This document shows positions 47,323-56,877 of a stretch of DNA of 64,000 nucleotides, piece by piece. Numbering within the stretch: position 1 is the stretch's first letter; every line of letters starts with the position of its first letter. The DNA lies in IMG/VR virus record IMGVR_UViG_3300027793_000052, positions 124,001 through 188,000 of that record, one strand, 5' to 3'. Made by a program: the position numbers and the translations under genes. The notes beneath the pieces were generated by a model. It saw only the letters and a list, made by a program, of their open reading frames with translations, ran no database searches and was not told the origin of the DNA.

Positions 47323-47458
47323 TTAATTTTTTTTTTAATTGAGCAAACCCAGTAGATTCTTCTATAACATTAATAATCTCAAAGTTTTTATTATTCGTAT
47401 CTTCTAAATACATTTTAATGAAACTACCACTACCACCAACAACTGACCAATCATTCAT
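47306..47458 (-). pseudogene. 50-codon ORF, possible C-terminal stump of a methyltransferase
   Basis: MNDWSVVGGSGSFIKMYLEDTNNKNFEIINVIEESTGFAQLKKKLNDTYL; fills the gap between two genes and is absent from the ORF track. Confidence 0.3.
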
Positions 47459-47460
47459 AA

Positions 47461-47769
47461 TTAATACGTTTTATGAGTTCTTTGTAGAAATTTACCATTA
47501 TCCAAGTCTTCACCATTCAATTTGGCGTTAACAATTTCTATTATTTTTTCATCGATTTCATTTATCAAATGATTTCTTTGTACGTTTAAGTCACAAGCCT
47601 TTTTTAAACAGTCCCAAAGTCTTTCCGCACCATCTGTGGTGTCAAAATATTTTTCTTTATATTCCTCAAAGCTCATTCTTCTGATTTCATAAAGAAGTTC
47701 TTGATTATTCCACATTTTTAAATCAACCGTTGTTAATTTATCGACTAAAGTTCCTAGTGTATCTGCCAT
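47461..47769 (-). CDS. DUF4254-like helical protein
   Basis: TLGTLVDKLTTVDLKMW...DLNVQRNHLINEID. Confidence 0.55.
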   Translation of the reverse strand: MADTLGTLVDKLTTVDLKMWNNQELLYEIRRMSFEEYKEKYFDTTDGAERLWDCLKKACDLNVQRNHLINEIDEKIIEIVNAKLNGEDLDNGKFLQRTHKTY

Positions 47770-47783
47770 TTTTTTGTTTTTTG

Positions 47784-48416
47784 TTAATTGTTATTTTTCA
47801 TTATTTTAGCTGGGATACCTACGTATACACCATCATTGTTTATATTTTTAGTTAAAAGAGCTGAAGCACCAATAACGTTGTTATTACCTATTTCCATGTT
47901 TTCTAAACTAATAGAACCAACACCAAATAAATTACCATTACCTATCTTGTTGTTTCCAGATATATTTGTAGATGGGTTAAAAACATTATGGTTACCTATC
48001 ATTGAATCATGTCCTATTGTCATGTTTAAATTAAAAACATTGAAGGACCCTATTGTTATATTTGTTGTAAAAATAACACCAGCGGTTATTATGTTACCAA
48101 CACCCATTATTATATTTTTACTATCTGAAATAAAGCTAGGGTGAATTATATTTGGTTTGTTAAAATTTTTAAATTTTTCTGACAACATTTTTAATAAATG
48201 TGGTCGTCCAACACCTATGACTATATTTGACGATTCATACCCGTTTAAAAACTCATCTTCATCAATAATTGGAAATGATTCCACACCTATTGTTAAGGTA
48301 GTGTTTTTTGGTTTATAATCAACGAATCCTTTAAATTCATAGAGATTAGTTTCTTTAATTAGAAAATAAACTTCTTTAGCAAAACCACCAGAACCTATTA
48401 TGTAAATATCTTCCAT
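47784..48416 (-). CDS. NeuD/PglD-like sugar N/O-acetyltransferase (hexapeptide repeat)
   Basis: IIGSGGFAKEV, IIHPS, IGHD, left-handed beta-helix repeats, YVGIPAK. Confidence 0.92.
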   Translation of the reverse strand: MEDIYIIGSGGFAKEVYFLIKETNLYEFKGFVDYKPKNTTLTIGVESFPIIDEDEFLNGYESSNIVIGVGRPHLLKMLSEKFKNFNKPNIIHPSFISDSKNIIMGVGNIITAGVIFTTNITIGSFNVFNLNMTIGHDSMIGNHNVFNPSTNISGNNKIGNGNLFGVGSISLENMEIGNNNVIGASALLTKNINNDGVYVGIPAKIMKNNN

Positions 48417-48417
48417 A

Positions 48418-49110
48418 TTATACTATAATATTTATACCATTCTGTGATATGTAATTAGTTAACTCCATTCTACCACTATACATGTGTGCAAAAGTGTTTT
48501 CATTAAATTTTTTACACATAGATAATGATAAAAATGAACTACTTATTATATGAAACTCACTACACATTTCTATAGTATATAATAAATCAAAAAAATTGAA
48601 GTCTTTGGTTATTACGAAATTTGGTAAATTATTAGATATTTTACCTCTATCTATAACCCTATTGGTCTCTACATCCTCATGTATCAGGTTAAACTTTTCT
48701 GACCCCACAATACTAATTATTTTTTCATAAACAATATTTTCTTTAATAAGATCACGTTCTATTTTAAAAAATTCTTTTTTAACTTTAGGATCCATACCCA
48801 CTTTTAAATAAAAAGTATCATCAAAATACTGTCCGTAATCAAACTGGGTTTGACCTATCAGATATGAAGATACTACATGGTCATAATGATTTTGCTCTAT
48901 ATGGTTAAACATACCTTCATCGTTAATAATATCCACAACTTTAATTTTTTCGGTATCTCTAAACATAAATTTAACGTTATTAAAATTATGTGTTTTAGAA
49001 GGTACATATATATCATAGTTTGGGTTATCCAATGACAGTTTTCTAATCATACCATTATGGACTATATTATCACCCATACCCAAGTGTTGTTTTATAAAAA
49101 ATTTTCCCAT
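48418..49110 (-). CDS. Putative GT-B glycosyltransferase
   Basis: HLGMGDNIVHNG, FHIISSSF; context. Confidence 0.5.
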   Translation of the reverse strand: MGKFFIKQHLGMGDNIVHNGMIRKLSLDNPNYDIYVPSKTHNFNNVKFMFRDTEKIKVVDIINDEGMFNHIEQNHYDHVVSSYLIGQTQFDYGQYFDDTFYLKVGMDPKVKKEFFKIERDLIKENIVYEKIISIVGSEKFNLIHEDVETNRVIDRGKISNNLPNFVITKDFNFFDLLYTIEMCSEFHIISSSFLSLSMCKKFNENTFAHMYSGRMELTNYISQNGINIIV

Positions 49111-49847
49111 TAACCGTAATAGTAGTATATTTTAGAATCTATAATCATAGATTTATTATAGTTTTTTAGACATTCAACACAAAACTCATAATCTTCAGCG
49201 CCTTTATAAGATGAATCGAACCATCTAGGTGAAAACCTTAATTCATCTCTATTCTTCCATTTTATATCATTTAAAACCTCTTTTTTAATACTAACAGCTC
49301 CGGCATGTGTAGGATATTTAAGACCATAATGATTACTTAATCGTATACATTCATTTAAATCATTATTGGGTAACATAAATTTACGTATTTCTTCATTATA
49401 CACATAATTTATATTACTTAAATCTATAAAATCGTTTCCCATCAAATTTTCTATGTCTAAAGAATTGATGTTGGTGTTTAGATTTTGATATGAATGATTT
49501 AAATGTACAATATCGTTATTTTTAAACACATGTAGAATGACTTCAATCCTCTGTTTATGTGGTAAATCGTCTGAGTCTTGGTATATTATTATATCAGAAT
49601 GACAATAGTCTTTTGATACCTGCCTGTTAGGTCCTGCTAATAATATATTTTCATGTATTACAAATTCAACATCCTTAAATTTTTCACGTAAAATATTTAA
49701 TTCTGTATGGTTAATATTTTTACCGTCAGAAATTGATACCACAATTTGGTTAGGTTTTATTGTAGATTTATTTAAAAATAAATTTAATATATTATCTAAA
49801 AAAAATAAATGACTTGGTGTGGTAGGTATAAAAACGGATGTCGTCAT
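49110..49847 (-). CDS. Glycosyltransferase family 2-like
   Basis: SVFIPT, PNRQ, IYQDSDD, AEDYEF. Confidence 0.75.
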   Translation of the reverse strand: MTTSVFIPTTPSHLFFLDNILNLFLNKSTIKPNQIVVSISDGKNINHTELNILREKFKDVEFVIHENILLAGPNRQVSKDYCHSDIIIYQDSDDLPHKQRIEVILHVFKNNDIVHLNHSYQNLNTNINSLDIENLMGNDFIDLSNINYVYNEEIRKFMLPNNDLNECIRLSNHYGLKYPTHAGAVSIKKEVLNDIKWKNRDELRFSPRWFDSSYKGAEDYEFCVECLKNYNKSMIIDSKIYYYYG

Positions 49848-49850
49848 AAA

Positions 49851-50666
49851 TTAAAATATGTTATAATTTATTAAATAGTCTTCAGCTGTTTTATATTTCA
49901 TAGAAATGTTGAAGTTATTTTCTACGGATTTTATCATTTTTAAATATGTTTCTTCTGTTATATTATTTAATATATCATTTAAATCATCCATATTATTAAA
50001 AGAAATAATACCATTTTTATCAAAAAATTTATCAATAGAGGGACATCCCCAGTAAATTGGTACTGTACCTGTCACAAAACAGTCTAATAATTTTTCGGTA
50101 AAATAAAAATTTTGTTTAGTGTTTTCTATCACAATAGAAAATCTATAATCACTTAATCCCGTAAGTTTATTTTCAATAGCTCTATAACCGTTTCCATAAA
50201 CATCCATTTTATCATTAAAAGCATGTATAACATTGTGTCTTAATCTATGACCTTCTGTTTGTCTTTTAAAGGATGCTATTATTGAGATTGTTTTGTTTTT
50301 TTTATATATTTTTCTTTCTTTTTCAGATATCCATGTACACCAAACAGGTAAAAATTTAAATTTAGGTGAAAAATTTAAAAAATCCTCTCTACATGTGTAC
50401 ACCTCATCAAAATAATCAATATAGTCAAATATTTTATTTTGATTTATAATAGCGGGTGATTCTAATAACCAACCTACACATTTAATATTTTTGTCTTTAT
50501 AGTTTAAAACTTTTTCTAAATCATGTTCAGTAAAAAAGACAGTATCCCCATCTTTTATTTCTGTTGGGTTAACGTCCCATTCCATATAGTCAGAATCACA
50601 GTTAAAACAACTGTATGGATTGTGTGAAAAAATACTATCAAAAATTTTTATTTTTTTTCTTTTCAT
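49851..50666 (-). CDS. Glycosyltransferase family 10 (fucosyltransferase-like)
   Basis: YRFSIVIEN...YFTEKLLDCFVTGTVPIYWG. Confidence 0.85.
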   Translation of the reverse strand: MKRKKIKIFDSIFSHNPYSCFNCDSDYMEWDVNPTEIKDGDTVFFTEHDLEKVLNYKDKNIKCVGWLLESPAIINQNKIFDYIDYFDEVYTCREDFLNFSPKFKFLPVWCTWISEKERKIYKKNKTISIIASFKRQTEGHRLRHNVIHAFNDKMDVYGNGYRAIENKLTGLSDYRFSIVIENTKQNFYFTEKLLDCFVTGTVPIYWGCPSIDKFFDKNGIISFNNMDDLNDILNNITEETYLKMIKSVENNFNISMKYKTAEDYLINYNIF

Positions 50667-50672
50667 TTTCTT

Positions 50673-51323
50673 TTATTTTAAAAAATCGTAATTTACCTTA
50701 TTCTTTTGTATATCAGAAAAATCTTCTTTTTGCCAAGCCAGATGTGGTGTAAAACAATACCAATTCAATACTTGTTGTGTATCAGCCATGAAAAAATCTG
50801 CAGCCACAGATGATCTTATCACACCCCTACCTTCTTTTATAACTCTATTTATTTTATGTTCCATGTAGTTAATAATATAGTCATAAGATTTTTCGTTTAA
50901 ACCGTAGGCGTGTAAAGCGTAAGACCTATTAACCTTACTAATGTTAGAAGATATTTGTATTCTACCACCAACATGGTTACCACCAAAAAGGAAACACTCC
51001 CAATTGTCAGGTAATTGTTTAACAAACTCACCAAATAAATAATCCACATCATCATGAAAAACTACATCATCTTCTAAAATAAGAACGTTTTTTAAACCTA
51101 ATTCTTTAGCTTTTTTAATAACGTTTAAATGACTAATAGCACCAGCTAATTCGTTGTCATATGGGTAACCTAAATTGTAATTTTGGGTGTCCCCATCTAC
51201 TGCCGAAAATCTTTCAACAGTAATTCCGTGTTTATCAAATTCTTTTAAACACGAGTCCCATCTATCATTTCTTCTGTCTATATTTATACAATAAACTTTA
51301 TCAAAAAACTCATTTATTTTCAT
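50673..51323 (-). CDS. Glycosyltransferase family 25
   Basis: YCINIDRRNDRW, RFSAVDG, SHL, LILEDD, HAY. Confidence 0.85.
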   Translation of the reverse strand: MKINEFFDKVYCINIDRRNDRWDSCLKEFDKHGITVERFSAVDGDTQNYNLGYPYDNELAGAISHLNVIKKAKELGLKNVLILEDDVVFHDDVDYLFGEFVKQLPDNWECFLFGGNHVGGRIQISSNISKVNRSYALHAYGLNEKSYDYIINYMEHKINRVIKEGRGVIRSSVAADFFMADTQQVLNWYCFTPHLAWQKEDFSDIQKNKVNYDFLK

Positions 51324-52092
51324 TGAATAGGTTTTTAACTTGTTTTACGTTATGTAATGTACTTGGTAGTCCTCCCCATAATACTTTATTCGGGTAGGAC
51401 CAAGTATTGTAATGTTCAACGATTCTATCAATATCCTTATTAAAGTTGACAGAGGCTGAACTATTTGTTAGTTTTGTTCGTATATTATCTCTAATGTATG
51501 ATCCATGATGCATTTGTATTTCTCCTCTTTTTAATATTAAAGGGTTATTACTAGGTGACATCCTTCTAGTTGGGTCAACTAATACCGGGGCTGGTGCACC
51601 TATAATATAGGAAGAATCTTGTTTAATTTTAAAAATAAGTGAAACATAATATTCTTCAGGTGGGTTCAGAGAGTATTCCCAAGACTTATAGTAAGTCTGC
51701 ATTTGACAATATGATGAATCATAATCACCCTCTATCATTTTATTTTTCATATATTCGAACTCTGACGGTAAATAATACTCATCGGAATCCATAGACATGT
51801 GATGTGTACACCCTGCTCCCTGTGATAAGGCTAAACCTATGTTTCTTTTATGTGTTTCATTAGAGTGACCACCTTTATTAACTTTTGGTGAGTATTCGAA
51901 TAATTCATCGACTAATCCCTCTGATTTTAATCTTTCCAATAATGGTACCAACCCTGAGTCACATGGATTACCAAAGTTAGATGTTGTTTGATATACAACA
52001 CTTACGTAATCTACTAGGTTTCTAATTTGTTTTATTGAACCTTCTAGTAATTCTTCCCCGTCCCAAATATTATACGAAATTCCTAACTTCAT
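51310..52092 (-). CDS. Glycosyltransferase family 2-like
   Basis: E..KRN.GL, SMDSDEYY (DxD), MHH.SYIR. Confidence 0.65.
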   Translation of the reverse strand: MKLGISYNIWDGEELLEGSIKQIRNLVDYVSVVYQTTSNFGNPCDSGLVPLLERLKSEGLVDELFEYSPKVNKGGHSNETHKRNIGLALSQGAGCTHHMSMDSDEYYLPSEFEYMKNKMIEGDYDSSYCQMQTYYKSWEYSLNPPEEYYVSLIFKIKQDSSYIIGAPAPVLVDPTRRMSPSNNPLILKRGEIQMHHGSYIRDNIRTKLTNSSASVNFNKDIDRIVEHYNTWSYPNKVLWGGLPSTLHNVKQVKNLFNENK

Positions 52093-53626
52093 TATTTTTC
52101 ATTGCTTGTTGTAACAACATTTCAAAGTCTTTGGCTTTAACGTTGTTAAAATAATTATAACTTTTCTTATTGTTAATAATAAAAGGTATTAACCTTTTTG
52201 TGTAGTCTTCACCTTCTTTTTTAAGTTTTTCTTCACTCTTATTTCTAGTCTGACTTTCATAATGATAACAAACAGCGTCACCAACAAAAATATTTTCTTT
52301 ACCTCTATTAATACACTCTATATTTAATTCAACGTCTTCAAAACATTCCCTATAAGATGTGTTAAAACCACCAATATCGTCAAATAGTTTCTTACTCATC
52401 ATCATAAACGCTGCTGTATTACCAAAAACATCCCTAGTCATTTCTTTATGGTATGAATAATAAGACCTTAATCCATGGTGTGACAATCTTATTTGTCTGT
52501 TTTGGTCTAAGAACATTATTATACCTGAATGTTGTATTGTATTATCACCGAAATGTAACCTAGCACCAATAGTCCCAACAGTTTTTTTATTCTTTAAATA
52601 AACATCAACCATTTTGGATATAGCGTTGTTTATAACCTTTATGTCATTGTTACAGAACAACAACAATTCAGTGTCTTTATCTACGTGGTTTTCCACAACG
52701 TCATTATTGATAACAGCGAAATTATAAAAATCATACTCAATCAATTTTATTTTATTGAAAATACCATAAGTTGATTTTATTTCTTCCTTTTCTTCTGGGG
52801 TAGATCCTGTATCGGCTATATATACTTTTAAATTATCATATGGGTTTTGTTCTACTATAGAATTTATACATTGTTTAAGTAGATGGACATTACCTTTTGT
52901 TGGTATAATAACACTAATCTTAGGTGTTTCTTTTAGTTTTACCTCTTTAAAGTCTACCTTTATTTCAGGTACGATATTGTATGGTAATTTATCCTTATAT
53001 TTTTCAGCAAACTGTAATCTGTTTTTTTCCCACTCATCATTAGTCATACCTATAGATTTATGTGTTATCTTGAAATCAAACATAACACCAACTTTAACAC
53101 CATTTAAGTGGTTATTAAACGTGAAATCTATATCATAAAAATGGAAACCTTTAATATTCTCATCAAATCTTTCCTTAATACGTTCTTTATGTACTACAAA
53201 GAAAAGACCATCTAACATTACAGTTTCTATCACATCACCCTCAAAATTAGAAGAGTATCTATTTTCCCAAGTTCTACCTTCATGTGAGTGTGAAACAATA
53301 CCTATCATTTTAGTCGTATCTTCCCACCACCTACCAATACTAGGTATATCAGTTGTACCTGCTTTACCTAAAATACCGAAATCAGTATTTTCAAAATGTT
53401 TAACCACCTTCTTACCCCAATTATCACTTAATATAATATCATCATGGCAGAATACGGTTATATTATTTTTTGTAACATCTAAACCGTGGTTGTAACATTG
53501 GGTTAGTGATTTTTCACCGTTATTAACAATTTCAACAATCTCATAATCTTTAACACCTATCGTTTTCTTAATATGGTCTTGGAATTGTTTATTTGGGGTC
53601 CTTGTTGAGTATACTATGCTAATCAT
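52070..53626 (-). CDS. Tandem GT2 glycosyltransferase
   Basis: N-terminal VFCHDDI...LDG...FDE..GFHFYD.D; C-terminal SVIIPT, LFCNNDI, GGFN..EDVEL. Confidence 0.85.
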   Translation of the reverse strand: MISIVYSTRTPNKQFQDHIKKTIGVKDYEIVEIVNNGEKSLTQCYNHGLDVTKNNITVFCHDDIILSDNWGKKVVKHFENTDFGILGKAGTTDIPSIGRWWEDTTKMIGIVSHSHEGRTWENRYSSNFEGDVIETVMLDGLFFVVHKERIKERFDENIKGFHFYDIDFTFNNHLNGVKVGVMFDFKITHKSIGMTNDEWEKNRLQFAEKYKDKLPYNIVPEIKVDFKEVKLKETPKISVIIPTKGNVHLLKQCINSIVEQNPYDNLKVYIADTGSTPEEKEEIKSTYGIFNKIKLIEYDFYNFAVINNDVVENHVDKDTELLLFCNNDIKVINNAISKMVDVYLKNKKTVGTIGARLHFGDNTIQHSGIIMFLDQNRQIRLSHHGLRSYYSYHKEMTRDVFGNTAAFMMMSKKLFDDIGGFNTSYRECFEDVELNIECINRGKENIFVGDAVCYHYESQTRNKSEEKLKKEGEDYTKRLIPFIINNKKSYNYFNNVKAKDFEMLLQQAMKNNEVRNFV

Positions 53627-54117
53627 TTCTTTTCTACTTCTATTATGTTTATTGGTTCTTCACAAAGTATTGATAAATGACATGCTGTTTTAATGGCGTC
53701 ACTAACTGAAGAACCTAAATATAAAGCGGCCAAAGCAAAATCCATACCCGCACCAATTGCGGCATAATCTGTTATTTCTTTAACATAAAAACCTTCTACT
53801 AAAAATGCCTTACTTTCAAATATAATAATATAACTATTTTCTAATTTATCGGCATCAGTTTTTTCCCTTTTCCATTGAAAAAAATCGAATAAATATTCTG
53901 TTATAGCTTCTACCGAGGCCTCCCTAGGTTTCCTTGTCTTAGAAAAAATTTGGAATAAAGCTCCTTCTTGTGCTTCACCAACATCACCAACCACCATCCA
54001 TTCGTTTTTGAAAAGTTTGGCTAGTTTATCTTTTTCCTGTGTATAACCATTAACTAATATACTATCAGCACCTATGGTTATTTTATTTTTACCTATTTTT
54101 ACCGCTACTACCGACAT
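53623..54117 (-). CDS. Ntn-hydrolase (HslV/proteasome beta-like) protein
   Basis: SVVAV...IGADS, AIGAG..FALAAL, AIKTAC. Confidence 0.65.
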   Translation of the reverse strand: MSVVAVKIGKNKITIGADSILVNGYTQEKDKLAKLFKNEWMVVGDVGEAQEGALFQIFSKTRKPREASVEAITEYLFDFFQWKREKTDADKLENSYIIIFESKAFLVEGFYVKEITDYAAIGAGMDFALAALYLGSSVSDAIKTACHLSILCEEPINIIEVEKK

Positions 54118-54120
54118 ATT

Positions 54121-54768
54121 TTATTTATTACCTGTTGAGCCAAAACCACTTACACCACGATCAGTTTCACTTAATTGTTCCACCGATGTTAATTTAACTA
54201 ACTTACCTAATTCTGTACTAACTCTAGGCGCTACAACTCCTTGGGCTATTCTTTCACCATGTTCTATCGTAACGTCTTTATCAGATAAATTAATAAGTAT
54301 AACTTTTACCTCACCTCTATAATCACGGTCTACAGTACCTAGAATTGCCATTAAACCAGTCTTAAATGAATGACCACTTCTTGGTCTAATTTGTAATTCA
54401 TAACCGTAAGGTAACTCAAAAAACAAACCTGTAGGTATTAAAGACCTCTCAAAAGGTTTCATAACATATTCGTGATTAACCTCTATATTTTGACCATTTT
54501 TAAAAATGGTTCTAGTAAAGTTAGCTCTTAAATCAAAACCAGAATCACCGTCTTTTGCGTAAACAGGATCAGGATTATTAGATGTATTAACAAATTTTAT
54601 TGGTATGTTAAATTCCTGATTGTTGGGGTTTAAATTTTCTTCATCGACATCTATATGGTTTAATTTTTCTATTAAACCATCTAATTCTTCAGCATCTTCA
54701 CCAACTACCAAACCTAAACTTTTAAGGTGTAATAATTCTTTAATGTAATTTTCAATTTCGTTACTCAT
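54121..54768 (-). CDS. dut: Trimeric dUTPase
   Basis: GDSGFDL, IPTGL, QIRPRSG, GTVDRDYRGE, GERIAQ, RGVSGFGSTG. Confidence 0.95.
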   Translation of the reverse strand: MSNEIENYIKELLHLKSLGLVVGEDAEELDGLIEKLNHIDVDEENLNPNNQEFNIPIKFVNTSNNPDPVYAKDGDSGFDLRANFTRTIFKNGQNIEVNHEYVMKPFERSLIPTGLFFELPYGYELQIRPRSGHSFKTGLMAILGTVDRDYRGEVKVILINLSDKDVTIEHGERIAQGVVAPRVSTELGKLVKLTSVEQLSETDRGVSGFGSTGNK

Positions 54769-55478
54769 TATTGTAAATTGTTTAATTTCGTAATAATATC
54801 TACCAAAGATTTGGTATCTCTTTCACAATATTCTTTTATTTCTTCATGTTTATCAAGCCAATAGCTTGATGTTACATTGTCACCTTTAACATCACCATTT
54901 TTTGGTGACTCTATATTAAGTGCTGAACATATTAAATCTAAAGAACCTAAGGACCAATTATTGCCAAATTGCCAAATATCCTTAGTATCTAAAACTTTAA
55001 GTTCCCAAGGTTTAGTATCATGATTAGGGAATATTGTGGGTGGTCTTAAACCGTTTATGAAATATCTTTTACCTAAAAACGGTATATCAAAAACTTTAAT
55101 ACTATGACCACAAAGTGAGAAATCTAATTTATCTACTTTGTCAAATATATTTCTAACATTTTTTAATATTTCTAATTCATCCTTACCGTAATAAGAATCA
55201 AATTTAGTTTTACCTTTATTTACGAAAGCCATTGACACACAGGCAACCTTCCCAAATTCTGGGAAGAATGCCGCTGTTTGTCTGTAAACTTCATTGTAAT
55301 ACTCTTTTGAACCTTCTTTTAAACCATCTAGTTTAGTCTCATCTGTAACTTTTTTTCTAGATGACTCATAATATCTCATCCACATGTCCAATTCAATATC
55401 TATCATGTCATAAAGACTTTGATATTTGGATACAGTTTCAACATCAAAGAATAATAGTTTTTCAATGTTAAATTTCAT
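54768..55478 (-). CDS. Stand-alone 3'-5' exonuclease (PolB-like/DnaQ fold)
   Basis: FFDVETV, PEFGKV, GHSIK.FDIPFL, KPWE..LDT, YCERD. Confidence 0.8.
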   Translation of the reverse strand: MKFNIEKLLFFDVETVSKYQSLYDMIDIELDMWMRYYESSRKKVTDETKLDGLKEGSKEYYNEVYRQTAAFFPEFGKVACVSMAFVNKGKTKFDSYYGKDELEILKNVRNIFDKVDKLDFSLCGHSIKVFDIPFLGKRYFINGLRPPTIFPNHDTKPWELKVLDTKDIWQFGNNWSLGSLDLICSALNIESPKNGDVKGDNVTSSYWLDKHEEIKEYCERDTKSLVDIITKLNNLQ

Positions 55479-56790
55479 TTGTTTCTTTTACTAATTGTTT
55501 AACTTCTTTTTCTTTACCATTCACTATTGAGGAATAAAATTCAGCTCTCAACTTTGTAACAACATCGATATGGTATCTTTTTACAACTGTATTATAAAGG
55601 TTTTCACCCATTTTATCAACCATTTCTGGGTTATTGTATAAAAATTTAATAGCTTTTAACCAATCCTTATGGTTTTTGTTGGAGTCGATTAATATAGCGT
55701 TTCCATTTTCATTAATTTTCCCACCATATTCAATTACATTAACCAAGTCAATTGTGTAAGGACCAAAATTTTGAGCTATCAAAGCCTTTTTATGAAAACC
55801 AGCTTCAATAACCTTTAATTGTGATTTTACTTTATTAAATAAAGTTTCTTTTAAAGGAGCCAAAGACACATCAAACATGTTATAATTAGAGGCATATGTG
55901 GTAATAGGTTTGGTCCATACTCTTCTGTAAGTTTCATTACTATCTGAATAATCATTATCCTCATCTTGATTATATTTTAATAAATGTTTTTTATAATCAT
56001 TAGATAATGAATTATAATGATTTGTAAAAATTTCTTCATATCTGCACCATACACTTTCATGTGGTAAAATTTTTCTTGTTTTTTGTTCACCTGTATTAGG
56101 GTTTGTTTCTGTAACATTACCACGTAAATCAAAACCACATAAAACTAATTGAGAATTTTTTCCTTCTTCACTGCCAGTCCAAATATTTAAACCTTGTCTA
56201 AGAATTTCTAAATCATGTAAATGAGAAGAACCACCTAACCAACCAAATCTAAGTTTTTTATCGGATTTAATTTTTTTCTTTTGAAATTGTGGTTCTGAAG
56301 GGTCTATAGCGTTTGGTAAAACAACAACATTTTTGTTGTATTTTTTAATTTCTTCGGCAAATATTGATGTTGTGGTTGTAACATAATCTACTACGGCAAA
56401 ATTGGATTTTATTAATTCGTCCATTTTCATTTGTTTTAACATAACGTGTACTGGGTGTTCTGGACCTGGCATCCAATAATCATCTAAATCCATTATGGTT
56501 ATAATGCCATATTTTTTTAACCTATCAAAAACGTTTTTAACTTTTTCACCGTAAACAGGTTGTAACCTACCATCAACAACATCACTAATTGTTCTATGAA
56601 AATGTATTATGTTAAATTGTTTGAGATAATTTTCATCGTTCCAGTCGATACCGTCAGTACCAGCTGTTACAATATCAACAAAAAATTCTTTAGGGAATAA
56701 TTCTTGTAATTTTATGTGTGGATCCACTGAACGAAATTTACTAACACCTGAACGGTCCGAAGGTATTACCAGTACTTTAATTTGACTCAT
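55468..56790 (-). CDS. GT-B glycosyltransferase (GT4-like)
   Basis: SGVSKFRSVDP, DLDDYW, VLPNAID, GWLGGSSH..DL, APL..FN..KSQLKVIEAG. Confidence 0.8.
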   Translation of the reverse strand: MSQIKVLVIPSDRSGVSKFRSVDPHIKLQELFPKEFFVDIVTAGTDGIDWNDENYLKQFNIIHFHRTISDVVDGRLQPVYGEKVKNVFDRLKKYGIITIMDLDDYWMPGPEHPVHVMLKQMKMDELIKSNFAVVDYVTTTTSIFAEEIKKYNKNVVVLPNAIDPSEPQFQKKKIKSDKKLRFGWLGGSSHLHDLEILRQGLNIWTGSEEGKNSQLVLCGFDLRGNVTETNPNTGEQKTRKILPHESVWCRYEEIFTNHYNSLSNDYKKHLLKYNQDEDNDYSDSNETYRRVWTKPITTYASNYNMFDVSLAPLKETLFNKVKSQLKVIEAGFHKKALIAQNFGPYTIDLVNVIEYGGKINENGNAILIDSNKNHKDWLKAIKFLYNNPEMVDKMGENLYNTVVKRYHIDVVTKLRAEFYSSIVNGKEKEVKQLVKETNEI

Positions 56791-56824
56791 TATGTATATA
56801 TTAAAAATATTATGGGTATAAAAT

Positions 56825-56851
56825 AAAAAACCCCATATAATAATGGGGTTT
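56825..56851 (-). terminator. Intrinsic terminator
   Basis: aaaccccat-loop-atggggtttttt on the minus strand. Confidence 0.75.
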
Positions 56852-56877
56852 CAATCACTTTTTGTAAAGGTTACGAA

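Noticed and set aside
47327-47336. A10 tract as a phase-variable switch fusing the stub to the aminotransferase
   Set aside because: A one-base contraction puts a TAA immediately before the aminotransferase ATG, so no fusion results.
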